A stretch of DNA of 57,357 nucleotides from Octopus sinensis. Its lineage: Eukaryota. The stretch spans positions 1 to 57,357 of the forward strand of contig NW_021833606.1 of assembly GCF_006345805.1 (NCBI RefSeq), in the 5' to 3' direction. The position numbers and the translations under genes were made by a program. The notes below the pieces were generated by a model. The model searched no databases and had not been told where the DNA came from. It saw only the letters and a program-made list of their open reading frames with translations. Each line of letters starts with the position of its first letter. The first letter of the stretch is position 1. Of the stretch, positions 1 through 12,607 are shown piece by piece.

Positions 1-461
1 CACACATAACATTAGGTCAAAAGCTAAAACAGCGAAGAATAACGGGCCATATAACCCACCTCTAATTTATAAAAGTATTGATTATACTATCTCTAAGCAA
101 GCACCCCACCCCAAAAACGGTGGACGCTTTATTCTCTAAATGTTAGGAATGTTAGCCAAAATCCGTTTTTAATTTACCAGACTGCAACTTCCCTCGTCAA
201 CATAAATATTGCTGCATCTTTAATAGATCTACTTTAAAGCTATCCAACTCCTCCCCGCCCAACTTTGAATATATCTAATAGACGAAAGCTTTCTCTCTAT
301 TCTCAAAATATACACTGTAACCACTCTGAATACACGAGCGCCCAGCATATACATAGCTCCAATATCGATCCCAGTACTTTAGACAATAACGAAAACCAAA
401 CCAATCCTACTAATACTAACTAGAATATTAGTATCCCGACTTTCACCACAATTACAGATGG

Positions 462-516
462 AACTCATGACCTTTCGATCGTGAGTCGAATACCCTAACT
501 ACTAAGCCACGCGCCT
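462..516 (-). mobile_element. tRNA-like SINE head fragment (group E-like)
   Basis: Minus strand reads GGCGCGTGGCTTAGTAGTTAGGG...GAGTTCC (A-box/B-box-like); resembles the head at 29600-29645. Confidence 0.55.
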
Positions 517-579
517 ATACACACACGTACGTATGTACGTATGTATCTATGTATATATGTATGTATGTATGTATGTATC

Positions 580-810
580 ACGTGATCACGTGACCGACCA
601 GACTATCAGATGTTGCTACACATCGCTGGTCACAGTGCGCTTCGCATTGTTTTAGGCATCAAGTGACGCCACCTGGCTGGCTAAGCGAGCAGGCCAACAG
701 AAGAAAGAGTGAGAGAAAGTTGTGGCGAAAGAGTACAGCAGGGATCGCCACTACCCTCTGCCGGAGCCTCGTGGAGCTTTATATGTTTTCGCTCAATAAA
801 CTTGACACAA
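580..810 (-). mobile_element. Group A-related SINE, headless, with an alternative 3' tail
   Basis: 710-810 matches the body of group A copies (gagtgagagaaagttgtgg...gttttcgctcaataaac); 580-710 is a different tail. Confidence 0.65.
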
Positions 811-961
811 GTAAGTAACATTCTTTTTTTTTTTGTGTTGTGGTTTGCTATAAAATGATTAAATAATTTCAAAGACTTAACACCTGTTCACCATCCAAAT
901 CCTCAACAACTTGGCATAATCGCCAAAACAGCATAACAGAAGACATACCGTATTAAGCGCA

Positions 962-998
<37 letters not shown>

Positions 999-1327
999 TA
1001 GTTACCTCTACCATATAAAACCACTCACTGATACTCAGTGAAAATAATTCCGGATTGGCGAAGATTTTAAACATGCGAACTGCAGCTCGTTGTTGAGAGA
1101 TTCTTCACACCACCGAAATTCTCGGTTTCAAATAAAAAAAAAATAAAAAAATAATAAAAAACGAAAGCAATACACAATATCCTGTGTATATATTTGTGCA
1201 TATGTCTTTGTGTGTAAGCATGTCCGTATGTTTGTGTTTGTGCCCACCACCGTTGATAACCGGTGTCGATTTGTTTACATCCCGGCAATCTAACCGTTAG
1301 CAAACGAGATCCGATAGAATAATTGCC

Positions 1328-1586
1328 AGGAGTGGCTATGTGTTAAGTAGCTTGCTTACCAACCACGTGGTTTCGGGTTCAGTCCCGCTGCGTGGAACCT
1401 TGGGTATGTGTTTTCTACTACAGCCTCGGGACAACCAAAACCTTGTTAGTGGATTTGGTAGACAGAAACTGAAAGAAGCTCGTCGTCGTATATATATATA
1501 TGTATATATGTATGTATATGTATATGTATATTTTGTTTGTCTGTTTTTGTTCTCGCTACGATCGCTTGACAACAGATGCTGGTGTG

Positions 1587-1618
<32 letters not shown>

Positions 1619-1770
1619 ACTTTCCTGTAACTTAACGGTTCGTCAAAAGAGACCGATAGAATAAGAACTAGGCTTACAATGAATAAGTCCTGGGGTCGAT
1701 TTGTTCGACTTAAGGCGGTGCTCCAGCATGGCCACAGTCAAATGACCCGAAATAAATAAGAGAATAAGAG
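1328..1770 (+). mobile_element. Group D SINE (tRNA head, CORE-like box, internal microsatellite)
   Basis: AGGAGTGGCT head, GGTTCAGTCCC B-box-like, CCTTGGG CORE-like segment, internal (TA)/(TG) tract, conserved tail shared with many copies in the window. Confidence 0.85.
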
Positions 1771-2019
1771 AATAAGACTTAAAAAATAAGTGCTGGGATG
1801 AGGGGTCAATTTGTTTGATTAAACCCTTCAAGGCGCTGCTCTAGCATGGCCGCTGTCCAATGATCGAAACAAGTAAAGGATGAAAAAAAAAAGATAGGAT
1901 TGAACAATTGATCCTATCATCTGGCTCTGGAAGAGTAGTTTACGCTGATGCTTCTAAAGGAACAGGTAAAAAGTTTTTGATTAAATAAATTTCATCTCGC
2001 TCTAATTTCTCTGGTATAC

Positions 2020-2425
2020 TCTCTTTACTCTTTTACTCTTTTACTTGTTTCAGTCATTTTACTGCGGCCATGCTGGAGCACCGCCTTTAGTCGAGCAAAT
2101 CGACCCCGGGACTTATTCTTTGTAAGCCCAGTACTTATTCTATCGGTCTCTTTAAAGCCGATCCGCTAAGTGACGGGGACGTAAACACCCCGTATCGTGT
2201 TCAAGCAATGCTAGGGGGACAACACAAACACAACAAACACACCATATATATATATTAATATATATACACGACGGGCTTCTTTCAGTTTCCGTCTACACAA
2301 TCCACTCACAAGACTTTGGTCGGCCCGGGGCTATAGCAGAAGAGACTTGCCCAAGATGCCGCGCAGTGGGACTGAACCCGGAACCATGTGGTTGGTTAGC
2401 AAGCTACTTACCACACAGCCACTCT
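2020..2425 (-). mobile_element. Group D SINE
   Basis: Full reverse-complement match to the group D consensus. Confidence 0.9.
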
Positions 2426-2439
2426 GTATATTCCACAGG

Positions 2440-2945
2440 TGTATATTTCTTTATTTACCTATAAAAAGGTTTACATAGAAGGGACATTACGAGGACAGAC
2501 AAGGGACATGTAGGATACAAGCACGCTTCTTATATACAAGATGAAAAGACAGATGGATTTACATATATTTTACGGATGGGAGTTCAAAATATACATGATG
2601 ATTGAATGGAAATTGGTTTCCGGGTTAGTGAATTAACCCGCCGGTTGGTTATCCCTTTTGGTAATCTTTTTCCTACCTTTTATGCTCCGACCGACCGTGC
2701 AAGCACAGCCTCGTGCATTCTCATCTTTCTTCTTACCACTGTCATCCATCTTTTTTCCAAACGCTCTTTGCGCCAGGCTCCTCCTCTCCAGACGGATCTT
2801 GCTGGACAGATGGGCAGCGAAGTAATTCACCGGCCCACGTCCGGAGATGAATTGACCTGTCGCAATCCCTTTCGCTCGCGTCTTCCATACCACATCTTTC
2901 AGTATGGTTACTACGCAGAGAACAGCTACCTTCTTTTCTTTGGTG
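2440..2945 (-). mobile_element. 5'-truncated Tx1/L1-type LINE (ORF2 C-terminus plus 3' UTR)
   Basis: Minus strand KVAVLCVVTILKDVVWKTRAKG...HLSSKIRLERR is homologous to LVAVAKEVVCWTRLKG...HLKRKLRVER at 26.3 kb; ends AATAAAGAAATA. Confidence 0.75.
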
Positions 2946-3199
2946 AAAGATATAGTTAGGTGTAGCCTACTCTAACTGAACGACCTGTGTACATGTACTG
3001 TGTACAAGGTAGTCATGTTTACATACGCGGCTATTCTATTGGCTGTTATTCTATTGGCTACCTCGCGAACGGATGACTACGAGGAAGTAACAGGAGTATA
3101 TATTATCCAGGTAAGTGGGATTACAACCGTGTCAGCTGGAACGTGTTGTTGGTCTGAAAGTCTGCTGGCAATTAACATTGTGAAGAATTTTAGTATCTG

Positions 3200-3665
3200 T
3201 TGCACTTTAAAAGGTTTAGGTGTGTTCCTAATGCCTAGAGAGTGTCAGATACGAGACTGTTTCTTTGACATTTGGAGTGGTTGTGTCTTTGTGCCAATGA
3301 AATAACCTAAGTTGCCGTGTCCTTATTAACGAGTATTCTCAAGAGGCATTGTCCGTGGAATGGAATGGGTGCATAACACGTCTGTGCAGATGGTTAAGGA
3401 GAAGTAGTATCATCTGTCTAGGAGTGTATGTTGTTAGCAGCGACAGGATGTATGTCGTTAACGAATAGAACTAAAAGCGCAGGAGACATTACTAAACATG
3501 GAAGTCAGGATTTTTTGAGTGTTGGCATAATATGCTGCTCTAATACGGCCTGGCAGGAAGTTTCCGATCCATCAGATGAAACACAGAATGAAGAATTTGG
3601 GCAGGAAACGGCTAGGAGGTTCTCATGTTAGACACAATGGAAGAATTTGTTGATGTATAATGCAA
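3200..3665 (-). pseudogene. Degenerate non-LTR reverse transcriptase remnant (CR1/Jockey-like)
   Basis: Across frameshifts: V*HENLLA, WIGNFLPGR, LFVNDI, *TDDTT (decayed YADD). Confidence 0.6.
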
Positions 3666-4258
3666 CAATACGGGTCCCTCTAGATCATTTATTCATACTC
3701 TTAAAAGTACGGGATGATCACAATTGGAGCGCTTTTGTTTATAGTGATACTAAACTGGGGCTGACATTTTTAGCTGTGTGGAGTGCTGAGCCACTTACAC
3801 GTTAATTTCACGAGCAGACTGTTCCGTTGATCGGATCAATTGGAACCCTCGTCGTCGTAACCAACGGAGTGCCACGATTATGGATACAAATTAATATAGT
3901 TGGTGCGATATGGCTGAATAATTGAGAAGTTCACTTCGCAACAACAAGGTCCCGGGTTCAATCCTACTGTATAGCATCATGAACAAATGTTATTTTCCAT
4001 AGATTTGAGTCAATTCATATGACTTAAATTAAACTGGATAGAAGGAAATTGTATGAACAACTAAATTACAAACCATTCTGCATCAAGCGCCATCTATCGC
4101 AAACTATGTTGTTTATCCTTTTGTGATACAATTTATTTGGCAATGAAGCATCGTACCTTCCATCTAGGAATATATTTCTACCGTTTTTCTAAAATAATAT
4201 TTGTGTTGTTAGGTGTCCTCGTACAAATGTTAATTCCCAAATAATTTATTGTGGATAT

Positions 4259-4610
4259 GTGGAGGCGCAATAGCCCAGTGGTTAGGTCGTAGGATCGCGG
4301 TTTCCATTCCCAGACCGGGCGTTGTGAGTGTTTATTGAGCGAAAACACCTAAAGCTCCACGAAGCTCCGGCAGGGCGTGGTGGTGAACCCTGTTGTACAC
4401 TTTCACCACAACTTTCTCTCACTCTTCCATCCTGTTTCTGTTGTACCTGTATTTCAAAGGGCCAGCCTTGTCCACACCCTGTGTAAATCTTTCCAAGAAC
4501 TACGTTAAGGGTACAAGTGTCTGTGGAGTGCTCGGCCACTTACACTTTCATTTCACGAGCAGGCTGTTCTGTTGATCGGATCAATTGAGACCCTCGTCGT
4601 CGTAACCAAC
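4259..4610 (+). mobile_element. Group A tRNA-derived SINE
   Basis: GTGGAGGCGCAATAGCCCAGTGG A-box head and B-box-like segment; body matches copies at 5199, 22427 and 28758. Confidence 0.9.
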
Positions 4611-5198
4611 TCGGTCGGATCTGATCTTACAACGTAAAGAACCAGAATAAATAGCTGCAAAGTATCCACGGATCTAATGATTCTGGTAACCCACTATCCT
4701 GAAGACTTTACACTAACAATTTGTTTTATTGAAACGAGGGTGATATCACAATATAACGAGGTTGATATTACAATATTACAACGGGTGGCCACTGCTTGCC
4801 AAGGTAGCAGCGCCGAGCGCGTTAGGCTGTTTAATGCGCTGTAACGCAGGTTCGTATTTCATTAGCACATGATGGTTACTAGAAATTTATCTGAAGCGGC
4901 AAGCTGACAGACTTGTTTGTACGCCTGGCAAAATGCTTAGTGGAATTTCGTCCGTCTTTACGATCTGAATTCAAATTCAGAGGTCAACTTTGCGTTTCAT
5001 CCTTTCGAGGTCGATAAAATAAGAATCAGATGGACACTGGGGTCAATGCGATCAACTTCCCCCACCACCACTGGAAATTGCTGGCCTTGTGCCAGAATTT
5101 GAAACCAATATTATAAGAAGCTATAAAACGGTGTTAGTTTTATATCGATTATAGAAAATAAGCGCGTTAAACGCTGTAATAAGGCAGGTAATAACATA

Positions 5199-5585
5199 GT
5201 GGAAGGACTCCGTCGTTTGCGACGATGAGGGTTCCGGTTGATCCGAATCAACGGAACAGCCTGCTCGTGAAATTAACATGTAAGTGGCTGAGCATTCCAC
5301 AGACACGTGTACCCTTAACGTAGTTCTCGGGGATATTCAGTGTGACACAGAGAGTGACAAGGCCGGCCCTTTGAAATACAGGTACAACAGAAACAGGAAG
5401 TAAGAGTGAGAGAAAGTTGTGGTGAAAGAGTACAGCAGGGATCACCACCATCTCCTGCCGGAGACTCGTGGAGCTTTTAGGTGTTTTCGCTCAATAAACA
5501 CATACAACGCCCGGTCTGGGAATCGAAACCGCGATCCTATGACCGCGAGTCCGCTGCCCTAACCACTGGGCCATTGCGCCTCCAC
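5199..5585 (-). mobile_element. Group A SINE with 13-bp TSD
   Basis: AGGTAATAACATA at 5186-5198 and 5586-5598. Confidence 0.92.
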
Positions 5586-5898
5586 AGGTAATAACATAAT
5601 CGATGTAATAATCCAGCTAAGAAATTATATTGAATTTATATCACACATTTAGTGATGTTTATGCTTTATCATTTATCTCTTACATGTTTTAGTCATTAGG
5701 CTGTGGCCATGCTGGGGGCACTGCCTCGAAGGATTTAGTCGAACGAATCGAGCCCAGTACTATTCTTTGTTTCGTCGGTTTCTAAAGCTGAACCGCTAAG
5801 TTACAGGGACGTAAACACCTAAGCAACCTAAGCAAAACTTTCCGATTCCATTCCGCGCTGTTCGTTTATACAAAAAATGACACTACCCTACTTCAACA

Positions 5899-6450
5899 GT
5901 GGAGGCACATGGCCTAGTGGTTAGAGCAGCGGTCTCGCGGTCGAGGGATCGCGGGTTCGAATCTCAGACCGGGCGATGTGTGTGTTTATGAGCGAAACAC
6001 CTAAGCTCCACGTGGCTCCGGCACAAGGTAATGGCGAAATTCTGCTGACTCTTTTGCCATAGCTTTCTCTCACTCTTTCCTCCTGCATCTTGTAGCTCAC
6101 CTGCGACGGACTGGCGTCCCGTCCAGGTGAGGAACCTATACGCCAAGGAAACCGGGAAACCAGCCCTAATGAGCAGCGGTCTCGCGGTCGAGGGATCGCG
6201 GGTTCGAATCTCAGACCGGGCGATGTGTGTGTTTATGAGCGAAACACCTAAGCTCCACGTGGCTCCGGGACAAGGTAATGGCGAACTTCTACTGACTCTT
6301 TCGCCACAACTTTCTCCCACTCTTTCCTCCTGCATCTTGCAGCTCACCTGCGACGGACTGGCGTCCCGTCCAGGTGGGGAACCTATACGCCAAGGAAAAC
6401 GGGAAACCAGCCCTAATGAGCCAGGCGTGGTTCGAGAAGGAATAAACAAA
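5899..6450 (+). mobile_element. Group B SINE head-to-tail dimer
   Basis: Two 247-bp units; the second lacks the A-box and joins at GAGC (6171-6174). Confidence 0.88.
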
Positions 6451-6817
6451 CTTCAAGAAACGACATTAAAATGCTGGTTAGTGCACTACGTGTCGGGCTA
6501 ACAAGCCAGAACAACACTTCCAGAACGAACAATTTTACGAATGGTGTATTACATGGATCAATCTTCTCACCCTCTTTTTTCAACCTAGTCAGGCATGCTT
6601 GAACATAAATGACACAACGCTCGCAACCTCTTAGCATTCCTTGCTCCAGCTTTAGCTAAATTATCTAGAAACCTAACTATGACAAACTTAAAAGTGAATG
6701 AATAGATGAATAAATAAATTAATGAATACAGTCATCCTCTTTACAAGAGAACCGGAGGCTTCAGTTACAACCACCACTTCTCATCACACAACGTGGTCAG
6801 GTGTTGCAGTCGCACAC

Positions 6818-6893
6818 CCTGCAGGCTTCTCCGTGTCCTGCAGGCTTCTCCGTGTCCTGCAGGCTTCTCCGTGTCCTGCAGGCTCCTCCGTAT
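6818..6893. repeat. 19-bp minisatellite x4
   Basis: CCTGCAGGCTTCTCCGTGT repeated four times. Confidence 0.95.
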
Positions 6894-6929
6894 CCCGTCC
6901 TGGTTATCTCTCAGCCTTCATCTCTGTCG

Positions 6930-7110
6930 CCTCTCCGAAAGTTCCACCACTACAAGTTCCCAATGATTCTGGTTCTGGTCTCTGATGTCTTGGCCAAAAT
7001 ACTGCAGTCTTCGTCGCCTCGCTATTATCACTAACTTCCGTTCCGCTCCCATCTTTTCCATGGCTGAATCGTTCGTTCGTTCTTTCCTTCCGCAGGTCTG
7101 CCAACCGATC
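6930..7110 (-). mobile_element. Possible RTE-type LINE C-terminal remnant
   Basis: MEKMGAERKLVIIARRRRLQYFGQDIR resembles the RTE RRLxYFGHxxR motif. Confidence 0.4.
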
Positions 7111-7214
7111 CTCTGTGTTAGTCTGTAGCTGCCAGCTATAGCCCCGGGCCGACCAATGCCTTCTTTGTGAATTTGATGGACGGAAACTGTGTGGAAGACC
7201 ATTGTTTAGATATA

Positions 7215-7426
7215 TACTCTTTACTCTTTACTCTTTTACTTGTTTCAGTCATTTGACTGCGACCATGCTGGAGCACCGCCTTTAGTCGAGCAAATCGACC
7301 CCGGGACTTATTCTTTGTAGTCCCAGTACTTATTCTATCGGTCTCTTTTGCCGAACCGCTAAGTGACGGGGACGTAAACACACCAGCATCGGTTGTCAAG
7401 CAATGCTAGGGGGACAAACACAAACA

Positions 7427-7463
<37 letters not shown>

Positions 7464-7630
7464 CATATATACGACAGGTTTCTTTCAGTTTCCGTCTACC
7501 AAATCCACTCACAAGGCATTGGTCGGCCCGAGGCTATAGCAGAAGACACTTACCCAAGATGCCACGCAGTGGGACTGAACCCGGGACCATGTGGTTGTTA
7601 AGCAAGCTACTTACCACACAGCCACTCCTG
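7215..7630 (-). mobile_element. Group D SINE (partial second copy at 7125-7200)
   Basis: Match to group D consensus. Confidence 0.9.
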
Positions 7631-7831
7631 CACCTATGTGTTTGTATTTGCTCTCTCCTTTACATCACTTGACAACAGGTGTAGTACTGCGTTCACGTAT
7701 ATTAGCGGTTCGACGAAACAGACCGATAAAATAAGTGCTGGAGTCGACTTGTTCGACTAAACTCCTTAATGCGTTACTCCAGCATGGCTGCAGTCCAATA
7801 ACTTAGATAAAGAAAAGATAAATAATATACC

Positions 7832-8064
7832 TATTTCTTTACTGCCCACAAGGGGCTACACACAGAGGGGACAAACAACGACAGACAAACGGATTAAGTC
7901 GATTATATCGACCCCAGTGCGTAACAGGTACTTAATTTATCGACCCCGAAAGGATGAAAGGTAAAGTCGACCTCGGCGGAATTTGAACTCAGAATGTAAC
8001 GGCAGACGAAATGCCGCTGAGCATTTCGTCCGGCCTGCTAACGTTTCTGCCAGCTCGCCGCCTT
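7832..8064 (-). mobile_element. Group C SINE (tRNA head, Meta/MESC-like core) with 12-bp TSD
   Basis: Core CCGAGGTCGACTTT.CCTTTCATCCTTTCGGGGTCGATAAA; AAAT(A/G)ATATACC at 7820-7831 and 8070-8081. Confidence 0.88.
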
Positions 8065-8225
8065 CAGATAAATGATATACCAATAATCCCAATAATTTGC
8101 TACTCCATGAACTCCTCCCCTAACATCCAGCTACATATAAAACACCTCACAGCAATTGCTACAACAGCAGCCATTCTAAAACACCACTCCCATCAGCTCG
8201 GACAAGCACTTAAAGTGTATATATA

Positions 8226-8640
8226 TACTCTCTTTACTCTTTTACTCTTTTACTTGTTTCTGTCATTTGACTGCGGCCATGCTGGAGCACCGCCTTTAGT
8301 CGAGCAAATCGACCCCGGGACTTATTCTTTGTAAGCCCAGTACTTATTCTATCGGTCTCTTTTGCCGAACCGCTAAGTGACGGGGACGTAAACACACCAG
8401 CATCGGTTGTCAAGCAATGCTAGGGGGACAAACACAGACACACAAACACACACACATACATATATATATACATATATACGACAGGCTTCTTTCAGTTTCC
8501 GTCTACCAAATCCACTCACAGGTATTGGTCGGCCCGGGGCTATAGCAGAAGACACTTGCCCAAGATGCCACGCAGTGAGACTGAACCCGGAACCATGTGG
8601 ATGGTAAGCAAGCTACTTACCACACAGCCACTCCTGCGCC
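8226..8640 (-). mobile_element. Group D SINE
   Basis: Match to group D consensus. Confidence 0.9.
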
Positions 8641-9465
8641 TATATATATTATATATATATAAACATAGATATGCACAGAAATACATCGAAAATCAATAAT
8701 GTTACTGACCCCACCTCAATGACGTGGAAAAAGTATGTGCTACTCCTTGTAGCCCTTGGGTTTTCCACGCCCGCTCCTCGTGCCCCACGTATACAGGCTT
8801 ATACGACAGACCCAAAAGTGCTGTCCCCACCACAAAAGCATCTCTTGGGAGAATCGTCCCCATCCCCGGTCTCCACCTCATGATACGCCTCTGTGACCCC
8901 TAAACATTGTGATTGGGTTCATACTATTAGCAATGACTGCAAAGGTTCAGCAAATGTCGCGCTCTGAGTCCACCAAAGCCACCCCACCGTAGCCACCACC
9001 AGAATCGATGGACATGCAAGAATAAACTGGACAGTGGAGAGTGAGTAACATGTCCAGATTGCAGTAGCATAGCTGTTGGTAAGGAGCGGGCGGTCTGCCC
9101 CGGAGCCTGCTGTATAAGTCTGCATAAGCTTGTGGGTGACGAGTAAGGGTCGGAAAACTCAAGGGTTACCGCGGGCGGCACGCACACTTACTACGCCATT
9201 TCCGGTCTGTTACATTATACCTCGTTTCACAGGATTTATCATTGAATGTCGAAGTGTGAAATTTTGGTACTCTGGTAGATGCAGACATTGTATAACTGGG
9301 AAGATGGGTCTGTGGATCGAGCCTCATCATTGTGCCAACTACTGACAAGTGCCATAGCACAATACACAACAACAACAGCAGTAGCAACAAAAATCAAGCA
9401 ACAATAACACAACAGATATGTAGTAGCAGGACTAGAAAGAACAAGATGAAAGGAAGACTGGATAG

Positions 9466-10540
9466 CAGAAGAAGAAGAAGAAGAAGAAGAAGAAGAAGAA
9501 GAAGAAGAAGAAAGAGTAGAAGGAGAAGTAAAAGAAGAAGAAGGAAACGAAGGAAAAGGAGGAGGAGAGGTAAAAGAAGATGGCAATGAAGAATAAGAAA
9601 ACGGAGACGACAAAGAAGAAGAAGAAGAAGAAGAAGAAGAAGAAGAAGAAGAAGAAGAAGAAAACGAAGACGACAAAGAAGAAGAAAGAGTAGAAGGAGA
9701 AGTAAAAGAAGAAGGAGGAGAAGATGACGAGGAAGAAGAAAACGGAGATGTAAACGGACAAGAAGAAGAAGAAGAAGAAGAAGAAAAAGTAGAAGAAGAA
9801 GAAGAAGAAGAAGAAGAAGAAGAAGAAGAAGAAGAAGAAGAAGAAGAAGAAGAAGAAGAAGAAGAAGCAAAAGAAAGGAAGAGATTGAAAAAGTACGAGA
9901 GAGAAAAAAAAGTAAGGAAGGAAATGGAAAAGAAATAAACTTGCAGAAATGAAAGTAAAACGGAGAGGAAGAGGACAAAAAAAACAAGGAGGAAGAAAGT
10001 AGGAAGCAGAAGAAGACAGGACAAAAAGAAGATAAGGACATAAGAAAAGCAGATGCAAAGGAAAAAGAGGACAGGACATAACTGAAGCGAACTGGACAAA
10101 AGAATAAATTAGAGAAGGACAAAAAGCTAGGAAGAGACACAGACACATGAAAGAAGAGAGAAAAGGCGAAAGAAGAGGACATGAATGAAGAAAGCGATGG
10201 GAGAAAGAGTGGACAAAGGAAGTAACGAAAAGCAAGAGGACAGAAAAAAGCGGGGATGGTTGACAGGAATATATATACAAGGCGGACGAAGAAGAGGGAC
10301 AGCAAAGACAGACAAGTAGGAACAGCGTATGAAGTAAAAAGAAGACAGACGAATGAAGAAGCGGGAAACAGAAAGAAGAAAGAGGGAGAAAAATAACGAA
10401 AGATTGAGAAGATGGAGAAAGGAAGAAGCAGACGACCAAGAAGAAGAAGAAGAAGAAGAAGAAGAATAGAAGAAGAAGAAGAAGAAGAAGAAGAAGAGAC
10501 GACCAAGAAGAAGAAGAAGAAGAAGAAGAAGAAGACGAAC
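9466..10540. repeat. Purine-rich (GAA)n compound tract, about 1.1 kb
   Basis: Several pure (GAA)n runs linked by degenerate purine-rich sequence; the long ORFs over it are low-complexity artefacts. Confidence 0.95.
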
Positions 10541-10589
10541 GAGGAGGAGGAGAGTGGTGGTTGTGAAGTGCTAGTGTTAGAACAACCTA

Positions 10590-10760
10590 ATAGGTAACCA
10601 ATGAGAAGACGACATCAGATGTACTCAACTAAAAACATGTTATAGCACACGTGACTACTTCTCTTTCACCTCCTCTCTCACTCTCCCTCTCTCTCCCTCT
10701 CTCTCCCTCTCTCTCCCTCTTTATAACTGATGTCAACATGGCGGCCACCTTTTAACAGAC
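10590..10760 (+). promoter_or_regulatory. Promoter-like motif cluster (CCAAT, E-box, CT tract, YY1-like)
   Basis: CCAAT 10598-10602, CACGTGAC 10648-10655, (CTCTCTCC)-type tract, CAACATGGCGGCC 10734-10746. Motif match only. Confidence 0.3.
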
Positions 10761-11169
10761 ATCAACTCACGTGTATATACTGTACGATAGCGATGGTGGT
10801 AGTGGTGATGGTGATGATGAGGATGGTGGTGGAGATGGGGATGGTGGTGGAGATGAGGATGGTGGTGGAGATGAAGATGGTGGTTTTCTTTTTTTTTAAT
10901 AGTGGGTGAGTAGGTGGTAGCGGTGTTGAAGGGGTTTTATTATTTTTTTTTTCTATTTCTGGTGGTGGCGATAGTGGAGTAATTGGTAATGGTGGTGGTG
11001 GTGAAACTGGCGGTTTTGCTGGTAGAGTGATGGCGGCGGCGGCCTGCGGTGGTGGTATTGTTGGATGATGATGATGGTAATGATGATGGTGATGATGATG
11101 ATGATGATGATGATGATGGGGGATATTACAGAGATGATGGTGGTAGTGGCGTTGTTTGCCGGTACGGCA

Positions 11170-11293
11170 GTATTGCAGATGGTGGCGGTGGTATTGCAGA
11201 TGGTGGCGGCGGTATTGCGGATGGTGGCGGTGGTATTGCAGATGGTGGCGGTGGTATTGCGGATGGTGGCGGTGGTATTGCGGATGATGGCGT
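11170..11293. repeat. 21-bp minisatellite, about 6 copies
   Basis: GTATTGC(A/G)GATGGTGGCGG(T/C)G repeats inside a GGT/GAT-rich block. Confidence 0.92.
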
Positions 11294-11733
11294 CTGTAGA
11301 AATAATGGGGTGTATGTATATATATATGTGTGTGTATGTGTGTGTGAATGCATGTGTGCCGGTATATCTTGCTGTACATGTGAATGTGTGTGTATGTATG
11401 CGTCTATACACACTTACACACACGTCTACACACACATATTTGTATGAGTATATATATATATATATATATATATTTTATATATATATATATATTGTATGTG
11501 TATATACACACACACATACACACGCACGCACGCACACACACACACCATATATACAGACGCATATATACATATATATATATATACGTATGTATTTGGTGTG
11601 TTTTGTTTTCTTATTCATTTCTCTCGTCTCACGTGTTTGGCTAATTTTTCGAGTGTGTGTGTGTGCGTGAGTGGCGGGTGGGGTGTAGCAGTTGCGCGCT
11701 TTACCTGGGTACAAAGATGGCTGTTTACGCACG

Positions 11734-11773
<40 letters not shown>

Positions 11774-12133
11774 CACACACACAAACACGCACACACACAA
11801 ACACACATACACATATACATACACACACTCACAGAAGCACACATATATGTATATAGATACGTATGTATATATTTCTGTGTATATATGTCCATGCGTATAT
11901 ATATATGTATTCATGTGTGTATATGCTTGTATGTGTGGTTTTACGCATGTATGTATGCACAATATGAAGGTTACACTTCTTACAGTTTCTGTCGGTGTAT
12001 ATTACGAAGGAGCTGCAGTTCTCTGTTTATATGTGTATATGATTATAGAATGTATATGTGTGTGCATATATGATGTATGCGTTTATGTGTGTGAGTGTGT
12101 GTGAGTGTGTGCGTGTGTGTGTGTGTGTGTGTA

Positions 12134-12165
<32 letters not shown>

Positions 12166-12475
12166 TGTGTGTGTGTATGTGTATATATATATAATATATA
12201 ATGCTTGATGTATACACTCTTCTACTTGTTTCAGTCATTTGACTGTGGCCATGCTGGAGCACCGCCTTTAGTCGAACAAATCGACCCCAGGACTGATTCT
12301 TTGTAAGCCTAGTACTTATTCTATCGGTCTCTTTTGCCGAACCGCTAAGTTACGGGGACGTAAGCACACCACATAGGTTGTCAAGCGATGTTTGGGGACA
12401 CACACACACACACACACACAAACATATACACACATACACACAAGTGCATACATATATATACATATATATGTATAC

Positions 12476-12530
<55 letters not shown>

Positions 12531-12557
12531 TATATATATATATATATATAGATTCTA

Positions 12558-12607
12558 GCAAAAACTGTCTGATGAACGGCAACGAGAAACTCAGAGTACA
12601 GATTTTG
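12558..12607 (+). ncRNA. Minimal type-I hammerhead ribozyme motif, partly decayed
   Basis: ctgt-CTGATGA-a.cg.GCAA.cg.a-GAAA-ctcagag-TA-cag; helix III palindrome ACTC-A-GAGT; helix II closing pair is A.A. Confidence 0.6.

Noticed and set aside
1-420. Possible LINE remnant on the minus strand (RGGVG)
   Set aside because: A single weak motif among many stops; not enough to call.
4259-4340. tRNA genes at SINE heads
   Set aside because: A/B boxes are present, but there is no acceptor stem and each continues into a SINE body.
9239-10506. Long ORFs of 286-370 aa
   Set aside because: Translations of the (GAA)n/(TTC)n tract; homopolymeric, with no domain content.
10762-11670. Pro/His- and Gly/Asp-rich ORFs
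   Set aside because: Produced by GGT/GAT triplets and the 21-bp minisatellite; no splice or codon evidence.
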